64,000 bases of DNA from Alistipes sp. (GTDB lineage: Bacteria > Bacteroidota > Bacteroidia > Bacteroidales > Rikenellaceae), in the NCBI GenBank assembly GCA_045614285.1, contig JAZLCQ010000064.1, positions 34,191-98,190 on the forward strand, in the 5' to 3' direction. The notes under the pieces are model-generated. The model was not told the origin of the DNA and made no database searches. It saw only the letters and a program-made list of their open reading frames with translations. Positions 46,643 to 55,620 of the stretch are shown piece by piece (position 1 is the stretch's first letter; the number at the start of each line of letters is the position of its first letter). The position numbers and the translations under genes were made by a program.

Positions 46643-46759
46643 ATGAAAAACTACACAAAACCGCAATTTGAAATTTTCGAGGTGGCTGTCGAGGGCGGCT
46701 ACGGCGATAGCATTCTTCTTCCTGGCTTCGGAGTAGAAAACGATGAGTTGGTATACTAA
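46643..46759 (+). CDS. Conserved small peptide, copy 3 (38 aa, MKNYTKPQFEIFEVAVEGGYGDSILLPGFGVENDELVY)
   Basis: Hand-translated; paralog of the other two copies. Confidence 0.85.
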   Translation: MKNYTKPQFEIFEVAVEGGYGDSILLPGFGVENDELVY

Positions 46760-46776
46760 ACCAACTACTTATATAT

Positions 46777-46814
46777 AAAAAAATCGGGCGAGGAGACTTG
46801 CCCGATTTTTTTTG
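46777..46814 (+). terminator. Cassette terminator, copy 3
   Basis: AAAAAAATCGGGCGAG-GAGA-CTTGCCCGATTTTTTT. Confidence 0.85.
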
Positions 46815-46841
46815 TTTTTCTACAATTATTCACTATCTTTG
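46811..46841 (+). promoter_or_regulatory. Sigma-A promoter for the kinase operon
   Basis: TTTG (46811-46814), 19 nt spacer, TATCTTTG (46834-46841). Confidence 0.65.
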
Positions 46842-46877
46842 TAGGGACTTGAAACAACATAAAACTATATAACGACT

Positions 46878-47978
46878 ATGACTGAAAAACTTTTGAAGAT
46901 TGCGGGCGAGTTTGTACTCGAGGGCACAATCAGCGAAATCACTCCGCTCGGACAGGGCTTTATCAACGATACATTTATCGTTCACACCGAGGGCGAGGCT
47001 CCAAACTACATCCTTCAGCGCAAAAACAAGGCTATCTTCCCTGACGTTCCTGCAATGATGGACAACATCGACCGCGTAACTGCACACATCCGCGCAAAGG
47101 TTGCTGCCGAGGGCGGTGACGTTAAGCGCGAGGTGATGACAATCAACCACACCCACGACGGTAAGTTCTACCACGTGGACGAGGAGGGCGAGTATTGGGC
47201 AGTTTGCGAGTTTATCGCCGACACCGTAGCCTACGACTCGGCAAATAGCGAGGCCTTGGCTCGTATGGGCGGTATGGGTATCGGTAAGTTCCAGTCGCAG
47301 TTGGCAGACTTCACCGAGCCATTGGCTGAGGTTATCAAGGGATTCCACAATATCAAGCACCGCTTCGTGCAGTGGGATGAGGCTATTGCGCAGGATGCAG
47401 CAGGTCGTGTAGCTTCGCTCGCTGAGGAGATTTCGTGGATCGAGTCGCGCCGCGAGGAGATGCTCGCATTCTGGGCAAAGGTTGAGTCGGGCGAGATTCC
47501 AATGCGCGTAACTCACAACGATACCAAGATCAATAACATCCTCTTCGACAAGCAGGGCAATGTACTCTGCGTTATCGACCTCGACACCGTGATGTCGGCA
47601 CCTGCTTTGAATGACTTTGGTGATGCTATCCGCACCTACGCAAATACAGGCGCAGAGGATGCGACCGACCTCTCGACCGTATCGCTCTCGTTGCCTATGT
47701 TCGCAGCTTATGCTGACGGTTACCTCTCGCAGCAGGCTACAACACTCACTCAAGCTGAGTTGGATCACCTTGCATTCTCGGCACGCTACATCACCTTCGA
47801 GCAGGTGTTGCGTTTCTTGATGGACTACATCAACGGTGATACATATTATAAGATTAAGTCGCCACTCCACAACTTGGAGCGTACACACGCGCAGTATGCA
47901 CTCCTCCAGAGCATCGAGGCGCAGTACGAGGCTATGTGCGAGGTAATCAAGACTACAACAGCTAAATACTTGGCATAA
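46878..47978 (+). CDS. APH/choline-kinase-fold phosphotransferase, N-acetylhexosamine 1-kinase-like
   Basis: GQGFINDTF, YILQR, RVTHNDTKINNILF, VIDLDTVM, DFGDAIR, RFLMDYINGDTYYK. Confidence 0.8.
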   Translation: MTEKLLKIAGEFVLEGTISEITPLGQGFINDTFIVHTEGEAPNYILQRKNKAIFPDVPAMMDNIDRVTAHIRAKVAAEGGDVKREVMTINHTHDGKFYHVDEEGEYWAVCEFIADTVAYDSANSEALARMGGMGIGKFQSQLADFTEPLAEVIKGFHNIKHRFVQWDEAIAQDAAGRVASLAEEISWIESRREEMLAFWAKVESGEIPMRVTHNDTKINNILFDKQGNVLCVIDLDTVMSAPALNDFGDAIRTYANTGAEDATDLSTVSLSLPMFAAYADGYLSQQATTLTQAELDHLAFSARYITFEQVLRFLMDYINGDTYYKIKSPLHNLERTHAQYALLQSIEAQYEAMCEVIKTTTAKYLA

Positions 47979-47979
47979 T

Positions 47980-48609
47980 ATGAAGGTTGCAAAGATAGAT
48001 TTGACAGGTCGCACCCTTGATGAGGTCTTCGAGAGCATTGCACCCGAGAAGGTTGCTTGCTGCAATTGGGCTAAGGAGTATCCATACGCACCTGAGGTGG
48101 AGTTCAGAATGTTCCACACGGGCTACAAGCTCTACATCCGCTACAATGTGAAGGAGTTGCACACTGCAGCTCGCGTAGCGGAGAATAATGGCGAGGTTTG
48201 GACCGACTCGTGCTGCGAGTTCTTCTTCTCGTTCGACGGCAAGGCATACTACAATGTGGAGATGAACTGCATCGGTCGTATGCTCGTGGGCTACTACAGC
48301 GAGGCGGGCGTAGCACCTATTCGCGCAGGCGAGGATATTCTCTCGCTCGTTGAGCGCACTCCATCACTCGGCACCGAGCCATTTGGTGTATACGAGGGCG
48401 AGAATGAGTGGTCGTTGACAATGGCGCTCCCTACAGCCATTATCCACCAGCACAAGGTGGAGAGCTGGGACGGCTTGAAGCTGAAGGTCAACCTCTACAA
48501 GTGCGGAGATCGTCAGGAGATGCCACACTACCTTTCTTGGCAGCCGATTGACCTTCCACAACCTTGCTTCCATTGCCCTCCGTTCTTCAAGGAGATTGAG
48601 TTGGAGTAA
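47980..48609 (+). CDS. Carbohydrate-binding family 9-like protein
   Basis: VWTDSCCEFF, YYNVEMNCIG, NLYKCGD...HYLSW...FHCP. Confidence 0.75.
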   Translation: MKVAKIDLTGRTLDEVFESIAPEKVACCNWAKEYPYAPEVEFRMFHTGYKLYIRYNVKELHTAARVAENNGEVWTDSCCEFFFSFDGKAYYNVEMNCIGRMLVGYYSEAGVAPIRAGEDILSLVERTPSLGTEPFGVYEGENEWSLTMALPTAIIHQHKVESWDGLKLKVNLYKCGDRQEMPHYLSWQPIDLPQPCFHCPPFFKEIELE

Positions 48610-48613
48610 CAAT

Positions 48614-48647
48614 AAAAAAATCGTGGCGAAATGCCACGATTTTTTTT
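48614..48647. terminator. Bidirectional intrinsic terminator
   Basis: AAAAAAATCGTGGC-GAAAT-GCCACGATTTTTTT between convergent genes. Confidence 0.85.
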
Positions 48648-49584
48648 AGTTCGAGTAGTTACTATTTAGATACTCTTGTATTGTAAACTTTGTTTGGCAA
48701 GGTTCGATGCCTTCGGCAATATACTCGTTGGTATGTTGCATATGCTCACCACCAAGAACGCAGCGCTTGAGGAACGAGATAATCTCGTCGTGATTCTCGG
48801 TTAGCGGAGTGAGCGCCAGAGCGTGGTCACGATAGTGCGCCGAGTGGAAATAGTAGGTCGCACCCTTGGCGTGGAGCTGCTCGGCAATATAGTCCGAGCC
48901 ATAGAATCCGGTTGCGAGGATTGTCGCTTTGTGATATGGCACATTGCGGTCAGCATTGCCGTGGAAGAGCATCATTGGACACGGTTTATTATCCCAATCA
49001 GGCTCACCAAGTACCGAATATATCGCACCCGCAAAGGCTACTACGCCCGCGAAATTGAAACTCTTCGGGAGCTCCTTGGCATAGCTCTCGCGATTGGCGA
49101 TATAGTTTTCTGCCTGCAATACCGAAATAGCTCCTGCACTCGAGCCACTCGCCACGATGCACGAAGTGTCGATACCCATCTTCGAGCTATTCACAAGGAT
49201 ATATTTCGTTGCTCGCAACACATCTTCGGCAGCATTGTTCACCGAGCGATACATTGTCCACGCACCCTCCAACGGACCCACATCCTTGGTGCTATCGAGC
49301 GTATAGGCCATACCGAGGCGATAATCAATCGACACAACGTCGAAGCCCTGCTCGAGCAACATATTGAAATATGGCAAGTAGCGCTCATCCGCGCGATTAC
49401 CGTGCGAGAAACCACCTCCGAAGGCGAACAATACACAAGGGTGAGCACCCTCGCCCTCGGCACGATAATGGTCGAGAAACAAAGGCTCCTTACCCTCAAC
49501 AAAACAGTGTGTTACAGGGGCTGTTTGTGCCGTTGTTGTCGCCATTGTCATAATCAATACAAGAAGTCCAAAAATTCGTTTCAT
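48646..49584 (-). CDS. Secreted alpha/beta hydrolase (esterase/lipase)
   Basis: FGGGF oxyanion motif, IDYRL, GSSAG nucleophile, FHGNADRNVP. Confidence 0.88.
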   Translation of the reverse strand: MKRIFGLLVLIMTMATTTAQTAPVTHCFVEGKEPLFLDHYRAEGEGAHPCVLFAFGGGFSHGNRADERYLPYFNMLLEQGFDVVSIDYRLGMAYTLDSTKDVGPLEGAWTMYRSVNNAAEDVLRATKYILVNSSKMGIDTSCIVASGSSAGAISVLQAENYIANRESYAKELPKSFNFAGVVAFAGAIYSVLGEPDWDNKPCPMMLFHGNADRNVPYHKATILATGFYGSDYIAEQLHAKGATYYFHSAHYRDHALALTPLTENHDEIISFLKRCVLGGEHMQHTNEYIAEGIEPCQTKFTIQEYLNSNYSN

Positions 49585-49588
49585 TACT

Positions 49589-50863
49589 CTATTTATACTT
49601 TCCCTTCCAGAGCTGCTCCATTCGCTCGGCTATGCGCTGCTCGGTCGCATTTCCCCTATTCGGATGGTAGAACTGCGTACCCTTGAGGCTCTCGGGCAGG
49701 AACTCCTGCTCGACGAAGTTGCCCTCATAGTCGTGAGCATATTTGTAGTCGGCACCATAGCCCTCATCCTTCATCAGCTCGGTCACAGCATTGCGCAAAT
49801 GCAACGGCACAGGACGCAGATTTGTATCCTTCTGCACAAATGCAAGCGCCTCATTTATAGCCGCATAGGCAGAATTACTCTTCTGCGAAGTTGCGAGATA
49901 GATGGTTGTCTCAGCGAGGGTTATACGCGCCTCGGGCATACCAATCTTATGTACCGTATCGAAGCAGGCATTCGCCAAAAGCAGAGCATTCGGATTTGCC
50001 AGGCCGATATCTTCGGATGCCAAAATCACCAATCGTCGTGCTATAAATCGCGGCTCTTCACCTCCCGCCAACATTCGTGCCAAATAGTAGATTGCAGCGT
50101 TCGGATCGCTTCCTCGCACACTCTTAATGAAAGCCGAGATAACATCGTAGTGCTGCTCGCCATTCTTGTCGTAGAGAGCGATATTTTGTTGCAACACCTC
50201 GGTAACAAGCTGGTCGGTTATGACCAAATCGCCTTCACGCGAAGATGTTATAATATCCAAGATATTCAACAACTTACGAGCATCACCACCCGCGAAGCTG
50301 AAGAGAGCCTTACTCTCCTCAACCTTGATATTGCGCTGTTTGAGCTCCACATCCGTAGTCAAAGCACGCTCCAGCAGATGCTGCAAATCGGCATCCTGCA
50401 TCGGCTTGAGCGTATAGACCTGACAGCGGCTCAAAAGTGGCGAGATAACCTCGAACGAAGGATTCTCGGTAGTTGCGCCGATAAGTGTTATAATACCCTG
50501 CTCCACCGCACCAAGAAGCGAATCCTGCTGCGACTTGTTGAAGCGGTGAATCTCATCGATAAAGAGCAACGGAGTCTTTACCGAGAAGAACTTTTGGCTC
50601 TTGGCCGACTCGATAACCTCGCGTACCTCCTTCACGCCCGAAGTGACAGCCGAGAGCGTATAGAATGGTCTCTCGAGGGCATTTGCCACAATGCGCGCCA
50701 GCGTAGTCTTACCGACACCCGGAGGGCCCCAAAGTATAAACGAAGGAACATTTCCCGCCTCGATGAAGCGACGGAAAACACCACCCTCACCGACCAAATG
50801 TTGTTGGCCGATGTAGTCTTCAAGCGACTGCGGACGAAGCCTTTCTGCTAACGGAGCGGACAT
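49589..50863 (-). CDS. rarA: Replication-associated recombination protein A (MgsA)
   Basis: PLAERLRP, GPPGVGKTT, DEIHRFNKSQQD, GATTENPSF, SAFIKSVRGSD. Confidence 0.96.
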   Translation of the reverse strand: MSAPLAERLRPQSLEDYIGQQHLVGEGGVFRRFIEAGNVPSFILWGPPGVGKTTLARIVANALERPFYTLSAVTSGVKEVREVIESAKSQKFFSVKTPLLFIDEIHRFNKSQQDSLLGAVEQGIITLIGATTENPSFEVISPLLSRCQVYTLKPMQDADLQHLLERALTTDVELKQRNIKVEESKALFSFAGGDARKLLNILDIITSSREGDLVITDQLVTEVLQQNIALYDKNGEQHYDVISAFIKSVRGSDPNAAIYYLARMLAGGEEPRFIARRLVILASEDIGLANPNALLLANACFDTVHKIGMPEARITLAETTIYLATSQKSNSAYAAINEALAFVQKDTNLRPVPLHLRNAVTELMKDEGYGADYKYAHDYEGNFVEQEFLPESLKGTQFYHPNRGNATEQRIAERMEQLWKGKYK

Positions 50864-50868
50864 TACTT

Positions 50869-52071
50869 TTACTCCTTATTGAGTTTGTTGTACTCCTCGA
50901 GGGCTTTGCCGAGGATGCGGATTGCCTTTTTGAGTTCCTCCTTCTCGAGAACGTATGCGATGCGGACCTCGTTCTTGCCGAGTCCCTCCTCCGAGTAGAA
51001 GCCCGACGCAGGAGCGAGCATAACGGTAGCTCCCTCGTACTCAAAATCACGCAAGCACCACTCGCAGAACTTATCGCTATCATCAATCGGTAGGCGTGCA
51101 ACGGTATAGAATGCACCCATCGGAATTGGCGAGTAGACACCGTCAATCTTGTTCAACTCGTCAACCAAGCAGTTGCGACGCTCGATATACTCCTCGTAGG
51201 TGTGGATTGCATACTCGCGAGGTGCATCGAGTGATGCCTCAGCTGCAATCTGACCGAGCAATGGCGGCGAGAGACGCGCCTGACAGAACTTCATAACCGC
51301 AGTACGGAGAGTCTTATTCTTGGTAATGAGCGCACCGATGCGGATACCGCACTCCGAGTAGCGCTTCGACACCGAATCAATCAACACAACGTGATCCTCG
51401 ATACCCTCCAAGTGGCACGCCGAGATATATGGCGAACCAGTGTAGATAAACTCACGATAGACCTCATCCGAGAAGAGGAACAAGTCATACTTCTTCACCA
51501 AATCACGGATACGATTCATCTCCTTACGGGTGTAGAGGTAGCCGGTAGGGTTATTCGGATTACAGATCAAGATACCGCGAGTGCGCTCGTTGATCAACTC
51601 CTCGAACTGCTCAATCGAAGGGAGTGCAAAGCCATTCTCGATGGTCGAGCGAATCGGACGAATCACCGCACCTGCCGATACGGCAAATGCCATATAGTTA
51701 GCGTAGGCAGGCTCAGGCACGATAATCTCATCACCCGGATTGAGGCACGACATAAAGGCGAACAACACCGCCTCCGAGCCTCCTGCAGTGACAATGATAT
51801 CGTCTGGGGTAAGTTTTATCTGGTACTGGTCGTAGTAGCCCACCAACTTCTCACGAAGTGAGAGGAATCCGTCGCTTGGGCTATACTCCAATATATCACG
51901 TTTGATGTTACGGATGGCCTCGAGAGCCACCTCCGGAGTCTTAATATCGGGCTGACCGATGTTGAGATGATAGACCTTGGTACCACGCTTCTTAGCCTCC
52001 TCGGCAAGCGGTGCAAGTCTACGAATCGGCGAAGCCGGCATCAATACTGCGCGTTCTGAAATCTTTGGCAT
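50869..52071 (-). CDS. PLP-dependent class I/II aminotransferase (aspartate aminotransferase-like)
   Basis: LNIGQPD, NPNNPTG, SDEVY, DSVSKRYSECGIRIG. Start reassigned to 52071. Confidence 0.92.
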   Translation of the reverse strand: MPKISERAVLMPASPIRRLAPLAEEAKKRGTKVYHLNIGQPDIKTPEVALEAIRNIKRDILEYSPSDGFLSLREKLVGYYDQYQIKLTPDDIIVTAGGSEAVLFAFMSCLNPGDEIIVPEPAYANYMAFAVSAGAVIRPIRSTIENGFALPSIEQFEELINERTRGILICNPNNPTGYLYTRKEMNRIRDLVKKYDLFLFSDEVYREFIYTGSPYISACHLEGIEDHVVLIDSVSKRYSECGIRIGALITKNKTLRTAVMKFCQARLSPPLLGQIAAEASLDAPREYAIHTYEEYIERRNCLVDELNKIDGVYSPIPMGAFYTVARLPIDDSDKFCEWCLRDFEYEGATVMLAPASGFYSEEGLGKNEVRIAYVLEKEELKKAIRILGKALEEYNKLNKE

Positions 52072-52174
52072 AGTATATACAAATTTATCCACGCAAATAT
52101 AAGAATTTTTAGCTAATCTAAAGCACGAAGTGGGAAAAATAGTTATCTTTGTGAAAGTAAACACCCGAAACACG

Positions 52175-53233
52175 ATGAAAAAGTTTATTCTTGCACTCCT
52201 CTCAGTGCTCTTCGCTGCGACCATATCGGCAAAGCCAATCTACCCGAAAGCGGGTGAAGATTGGGCAATGGCGAAGCCCTCGAAATATGGCTTTAACGAC
52301 CGAAAGATAAAGGAGTTACGCAGGTATGTAATCGACTCGATGCAGACCACGGGATTGATGATTATCGTGGGTGGCGAGTGCATCTTCAAGTTTGGAAATA
52401 TCGAGAGCGTGAGCTACATCGCATCGTGTCGCAAGAGCGTACTTTCGATGCTCTACGGAAAGTACGTAAAGAGTGGAGTGATCGACCTCAACAAGACACT
52501 CGGCGAGATTGGAATTTCGGACATCGGAGGCCTTCTGCCAATCGAGGAAAAGGCAAAAATTTTGCACCTTATTCAGGCTCGTTCGGGGGTCTATCATCAG
52601 GCGTCAAATCCGGGCAGCGCGCTCGACAATCCCGACCGCGTTCCTGAGCGTGGATCGAAGCAACCGGGCAGCTTTTTCCTCTACAATAATTGGGACTTTA
52701 ATGCCGCAGGAACAGTCTTCGAAAAGTTGACCGGCAAGAGCATCTATGTCGCTATGGAAGAGGACCTTGTGACTACGCTTGGTTTCCAGGATTGGGACAT
52801 CACAAAGCAGCGTTACGGTGGCAATTTAAGCAAGTCCGTACACCCTGCATATCACATCTATATTTCGACACGCGATATGGCTCGATTGGGCTACTTGATG
52901 CTACGAAAAGGCAAGTGGGAGGAGGAGCAAATCATCGCCAAAGATTGGCACAAAAAGATGATCTCCGTATCGACTCCGGCAGAGGAGGTAAACCCTCATC
53001 GCAAGCAGAAGAGTAAGTTCGGATACGGCTATATGTGGTGGCTCTATCAGACCGACGAGCCAGCCTTCAAGGGCGCCTATGCTGCACACGGAGCAATGGG
53101 TCAATACATCACCGTCATCCCCGAGTTGGATATGGTTGTTGCGCACAAGACCGACAGCGCCTATGGTCGCAAGACTCGCAGTTCGCGCTACCAGCGATTC
53201 CTTCGCAAAATCGTAGCTGCAAAGGAGAATTAG
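52175..53233 (+). CDS. Secreted serine hydrolase, beta-lactamase class C/PBP-like fold
   Basis: SxxK (SCRK), YxN (YNN), YGYMWW; signal peptide from 52175; TATCTTTG at 52144. Confidence 0.85.
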   Translation: MKKFILALLSVLFAATISAKPIYPKAGEDWAMAKPSKYGFNDRKIKELRRYVIDSMQTTGLMIIVGGECIFKFGNIESVSYIASCRKSVLSMLYGKYVKSGVIDLNKTLGEIGISDIGGLLPIEEKAKILHLIQARSGVYHQASNPGSALDNPDRVPERGSKQPGSFFLYNNWDFNAAGTVFEKLTGKSIYVAMEEDLVTTLGFQDWDITKQRYGGNLSKSVHPAYHIYISTRDMARLGYLMLRKGKWEEEQIIAKDWHKKMISVSTPAEEVNPHRKQKSKFGYGYMWWLYQTDEPAFKGAYAAHGAMGQYITVIPELDMVVAHKTDSAYGRKTRSSRYQRFLRKIVAAKEN

Positions 53234-53397
53234 CCTCCTCTCGTCGCTCGAAAAAAGGTTAAAACGGCTATTTCTGTAAAGAATTTCACTCGTTTGTTAA
53301 CTTTTATGAAAAAGTTAGCAAATATTTATTATCTTTGTATCAAAGATACGATTGATAATAACTTTATAGAACCTACCTATAAAAACCTAGTGTAATT

Positions 53398-54477
53398 ATG
53401 AGCGACAAAAAGTCTCTTTATTGCGTGATTATGGCGGGAGGCGTTGGCACCCGTTTTTGGCCTGAAAGCCGTCAAAGCAAACCAAAGCAGTTCCTCGATA
53501 TCTGCGATACAGGTAAGTCATTTTTGCGAATGACCTACGAACGATTTGCACACCTTGTGCCTACCGAGAATTTCATCGTTGTGACAAATACTCGCTACAA
53601 GGATCTCGTCTTGGAGCATATTCCCGAGATTGAGGAGCACCAGATACTCTGCGAGCCGGTAGGCCGCAACACTGCACCTTGCATCTGCTATGCAGCATAC
53701 CACTTGCGCAACTTCGCACCCGATGCAATGATGATTGTAACTCCGGCCGACCACCTCATCCTCAACGAGGCTGAGTTCCACTCTATCGTCGAGGACACAA
53801 TCGAATTTGCAACCGAGCACAACGCCTTGATGACCATCGGTATCACACCAAGCCGTCCTGAGACCGGCTACGGATATATCCAAAAGAGCGACAACTCGAA
53901 GATTTCGCGTGTAAAGTGCTTCACCGAGAAGCCTAACTTGGAGTTGGCGCAGGTATTTGTGCAGTCAGGCGAGTTCTTCTGGAATTCGGGTATCTTCATT
54001 TGGAAGGTGAAGGATATCATCGACGCTGTAGGCGAGCACTTGCCTGAGCACCACGCACTCTTTGAGGGTGTGTCGCCACTGCTCGGAACACCATCCGAGA
54101 AGGAGGCCATCGCACAGGTATTCTCGGAGTGCCGCTCAATCTCTATCGACTACGGAGTGATGGAGAAGGCCGATAATGTATACGTTCGTTGCGGCGACTT
54201 CGGCTGGAGCGACGTAGGTACATGGGGCTCGTTGTATCAGCTCTCTCGCAAGGATAAGTACGCAAATGTACGCCCTCAGGAGAGCTGCTACACCTACAAC
54301 ACTCGTTCGTCGATTGTGTCATTGCCAAAGGGTAAGGTTGCCGTAATCAACGGTTTGCGCGACTATATCGTGGTTGACACCGAGGATGTATTGCTCATCT
54401 GCCCACGTGCCGAGGAACAGAACATCAAAAAGTATATCGACGAGGTTAAGTACAATACAGGCGATAAGCACATTTAG
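53398..54477 (+). CDS. manC: Mannose-1-phosphate guanylyltransferase
   Basis: IMAGGVGTRFWPESR, PKQF, EPVGRNTAP, PADH, ETGYGYI, FTEKP, WSDVGTW. Confidence 0.9.
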   Translation: MSDKKSLYCVIMAGGVGTRFWPESRQSKPKQFLDICDTGKSFLRMTYERFAHLVPTENFIVVTNTRYKDLVLEHIPEIEEHQILCEPVGRNTAPCICYAAYHLRNFAPDAMMIVTPADHLILNEAEFHSIVEDTIEFATEHNALMTIGITPSRPETGYGYIQKSDNSKISRVKCFTEKPNLELAQVFVQSGEFFWNSGIFIWKVKDIIDAVGEHLPEHHALFEGVSPLLGTPSEKEAIAQVFSECRSISIDYGVMEKADNVYVRCGDFGWSDVGTWGSLYQLSRKDKYANVRPQESCYTYNTRSSIVSLPKGKVAVINGLRDYIVVDTEDVLLICPRAEEQNIKKYIDEVKYNTGDKHI

Positions 54478-54489
54478 TCATATTTTGCA

Positions 54490-55611
54490 GTGCGTATAAA
54501 ATCGAGCTACATACTCCTCCTATTTCTAATTGCGATTCTTACGAGTTGCTCGCCAATAGGGCTCACAATTAAGTGGGACGAGGCGCGGTGTGACTTCGTA
54601 GGTCGAGGAGGATATGCTCGAATCAAGGAGGTAGGCAACGGGCACGCCCTCGTCTACAACCTCGGACGCACCGCAGTGATACGCTTCAGCGACGATAAGT
54701 GTGAGAGTTGGAGCGAGCCACTCAAGGTAGCAAGAGCAGAGGGTTACACCTACACAAACTGCGAGCTCACCCAACTACAGAGCGGACGACTCCTCTACAG
54801 CTGGAATGCACGCCCACACAAAGATACGGGGTTGCCGTACAAGATTATGTACGCCCTATCCGACGACGGAGGCAAGACATGGAGCGAGGGTCACGACCTC
54901 TACATCGCAGGTACGGAGCCAAGAAATGGATGTTGGGAGCCCATAGCGCTGCAGTTACCTTCGGGCGAGGTGCACATCTACTTCGCCAATGAAGCGCCTT
55001 ACACCCGCAGTGCCGAGCAGGAGATTTCGCTGATGCGCTCCCACGATAATGGAGAGAGCTGGAGCGAGGCCGAACGAGTTTCGTTCCGCGTAGGCAAGCG
55101 CGACGGAATGGCGGTGCCAATCTATCTACCCCACTCGGGCGAGATAGCGATGGCGATTGAGGACAACGGAGTTCGCGGAAGTTTCAAGCCCGTAATTGTT
55201 CGCACGGCGAATAATTGGCGTGACGGATATGTCTCGGGTAGCGACACTCGCAGAGAGGAGGCTCTCTTGGAGAGGTGCTCCGTAAGCGATGAGACCTATG
55301 CGGGAGCGCCATACCTGATACGACTTGGCGAGAATCACACTCTGCTCTCGATACAATCGACCGAAGGGCGATGGAACGAGGGTCACAAATACTCCAACAT
55401 GCAGGTTTATGTAGGCGACAAAAACGCACGCAACTTCTGCAACCGCTCCACCCCAATGCCTCGCCTTCCGATGGATGGTAGCGCCTTATGGAACTCGCTC
55501 TGCCAGATTGATGAGCAGACCGTAATTGCAGTGATGAGCGTTCGCGGTATGGAACAGGGCAAAAATGGAGTGTGGACTGCAAAGGGTACTATAAAGAAGA
55601 AGAAACGATAA
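54490..55611 (+). CDS. BNR/Asp-box (sialidase-fold) lipoprotein glycosidase
   Basis: LTSC lipobox; SDDGGKTW and SHDNGESW; GCWEP, RDGM, GAPY. Confidence 0.75.
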   Translation: MRIKSSYILLLFLIAILTSCSPIGLTIKWDEARCDFVGRGGYARIKEVGNGHALVYNLGRTAVIRFSDDKCESWSEPLKVARAEGYTYTNCELTQLQSGRLLYSWNARPHKDTGLPYKIMYALSDDGGKTWSEGHDLYIAGTEPRNGCWEPIALQLPSGEVHIYFANEAPYTRSAEQEISLMRSHDNGESWSEAERVSFRVGKRDGMAVPIYLPHSGEIAMAIEDNGVRGSFKPVIVRTANNWRDGYVSGSDTRREEALLERCSVSDETYAGAPYLIRLGENHTLLSIQSTEGRWNEGHKYSNMQVYVGDKNARNFCNRSTPMPRLPMDGSALWNSLCQIDEQTVIAVMSVRGMEQGKNGVWTAKGTIKKKKR

Positions 55612-55620
55612 AACACATAT

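Noticed and set aside
36130-46759. Small peptides as classical lasso peptide or bacteriocin precursors
   Set aside because: No cyclase, peptidase, RRE, radical SAM or peptidase-containing ABC transporter gene is nearby, and the lasso Thr(-2) is lacking. Kept only as an alternative hypothesis in the main finding.
32169-46814. Diversity-generating retroelement or invertase-driven shufflon as the source of lipoprotein variation
   Set aside because: There is no reverse transcriptase or recombinase in the window, the repeats are direct and N-terminal, and the mismatches are synonymous rather than adenine-specific.
36190-46814. Three ~120-bp repeats read as a CRISPR array, REP elements or an ncRNA
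   Set aside because: They are kilobases apart with no spacers or cas genes, and are better explained as a peptide ORF plus terminator with codon-position-biased changes.
46878-47978. Aminoglycoside resistance kinase
   Set aside because: The motifs (HNDTKxNN, DLDTVM, DYxxGDxYYK) fit the N-acetylhexosamine-kinase-like group better.
52175-53233. Antibiotic-resistance beta-lactamase
   Set aside because: The SxxK/YxN fold is shared with many esterases and peptidases, the KTG motif is not canonical, and there is no mobile context.
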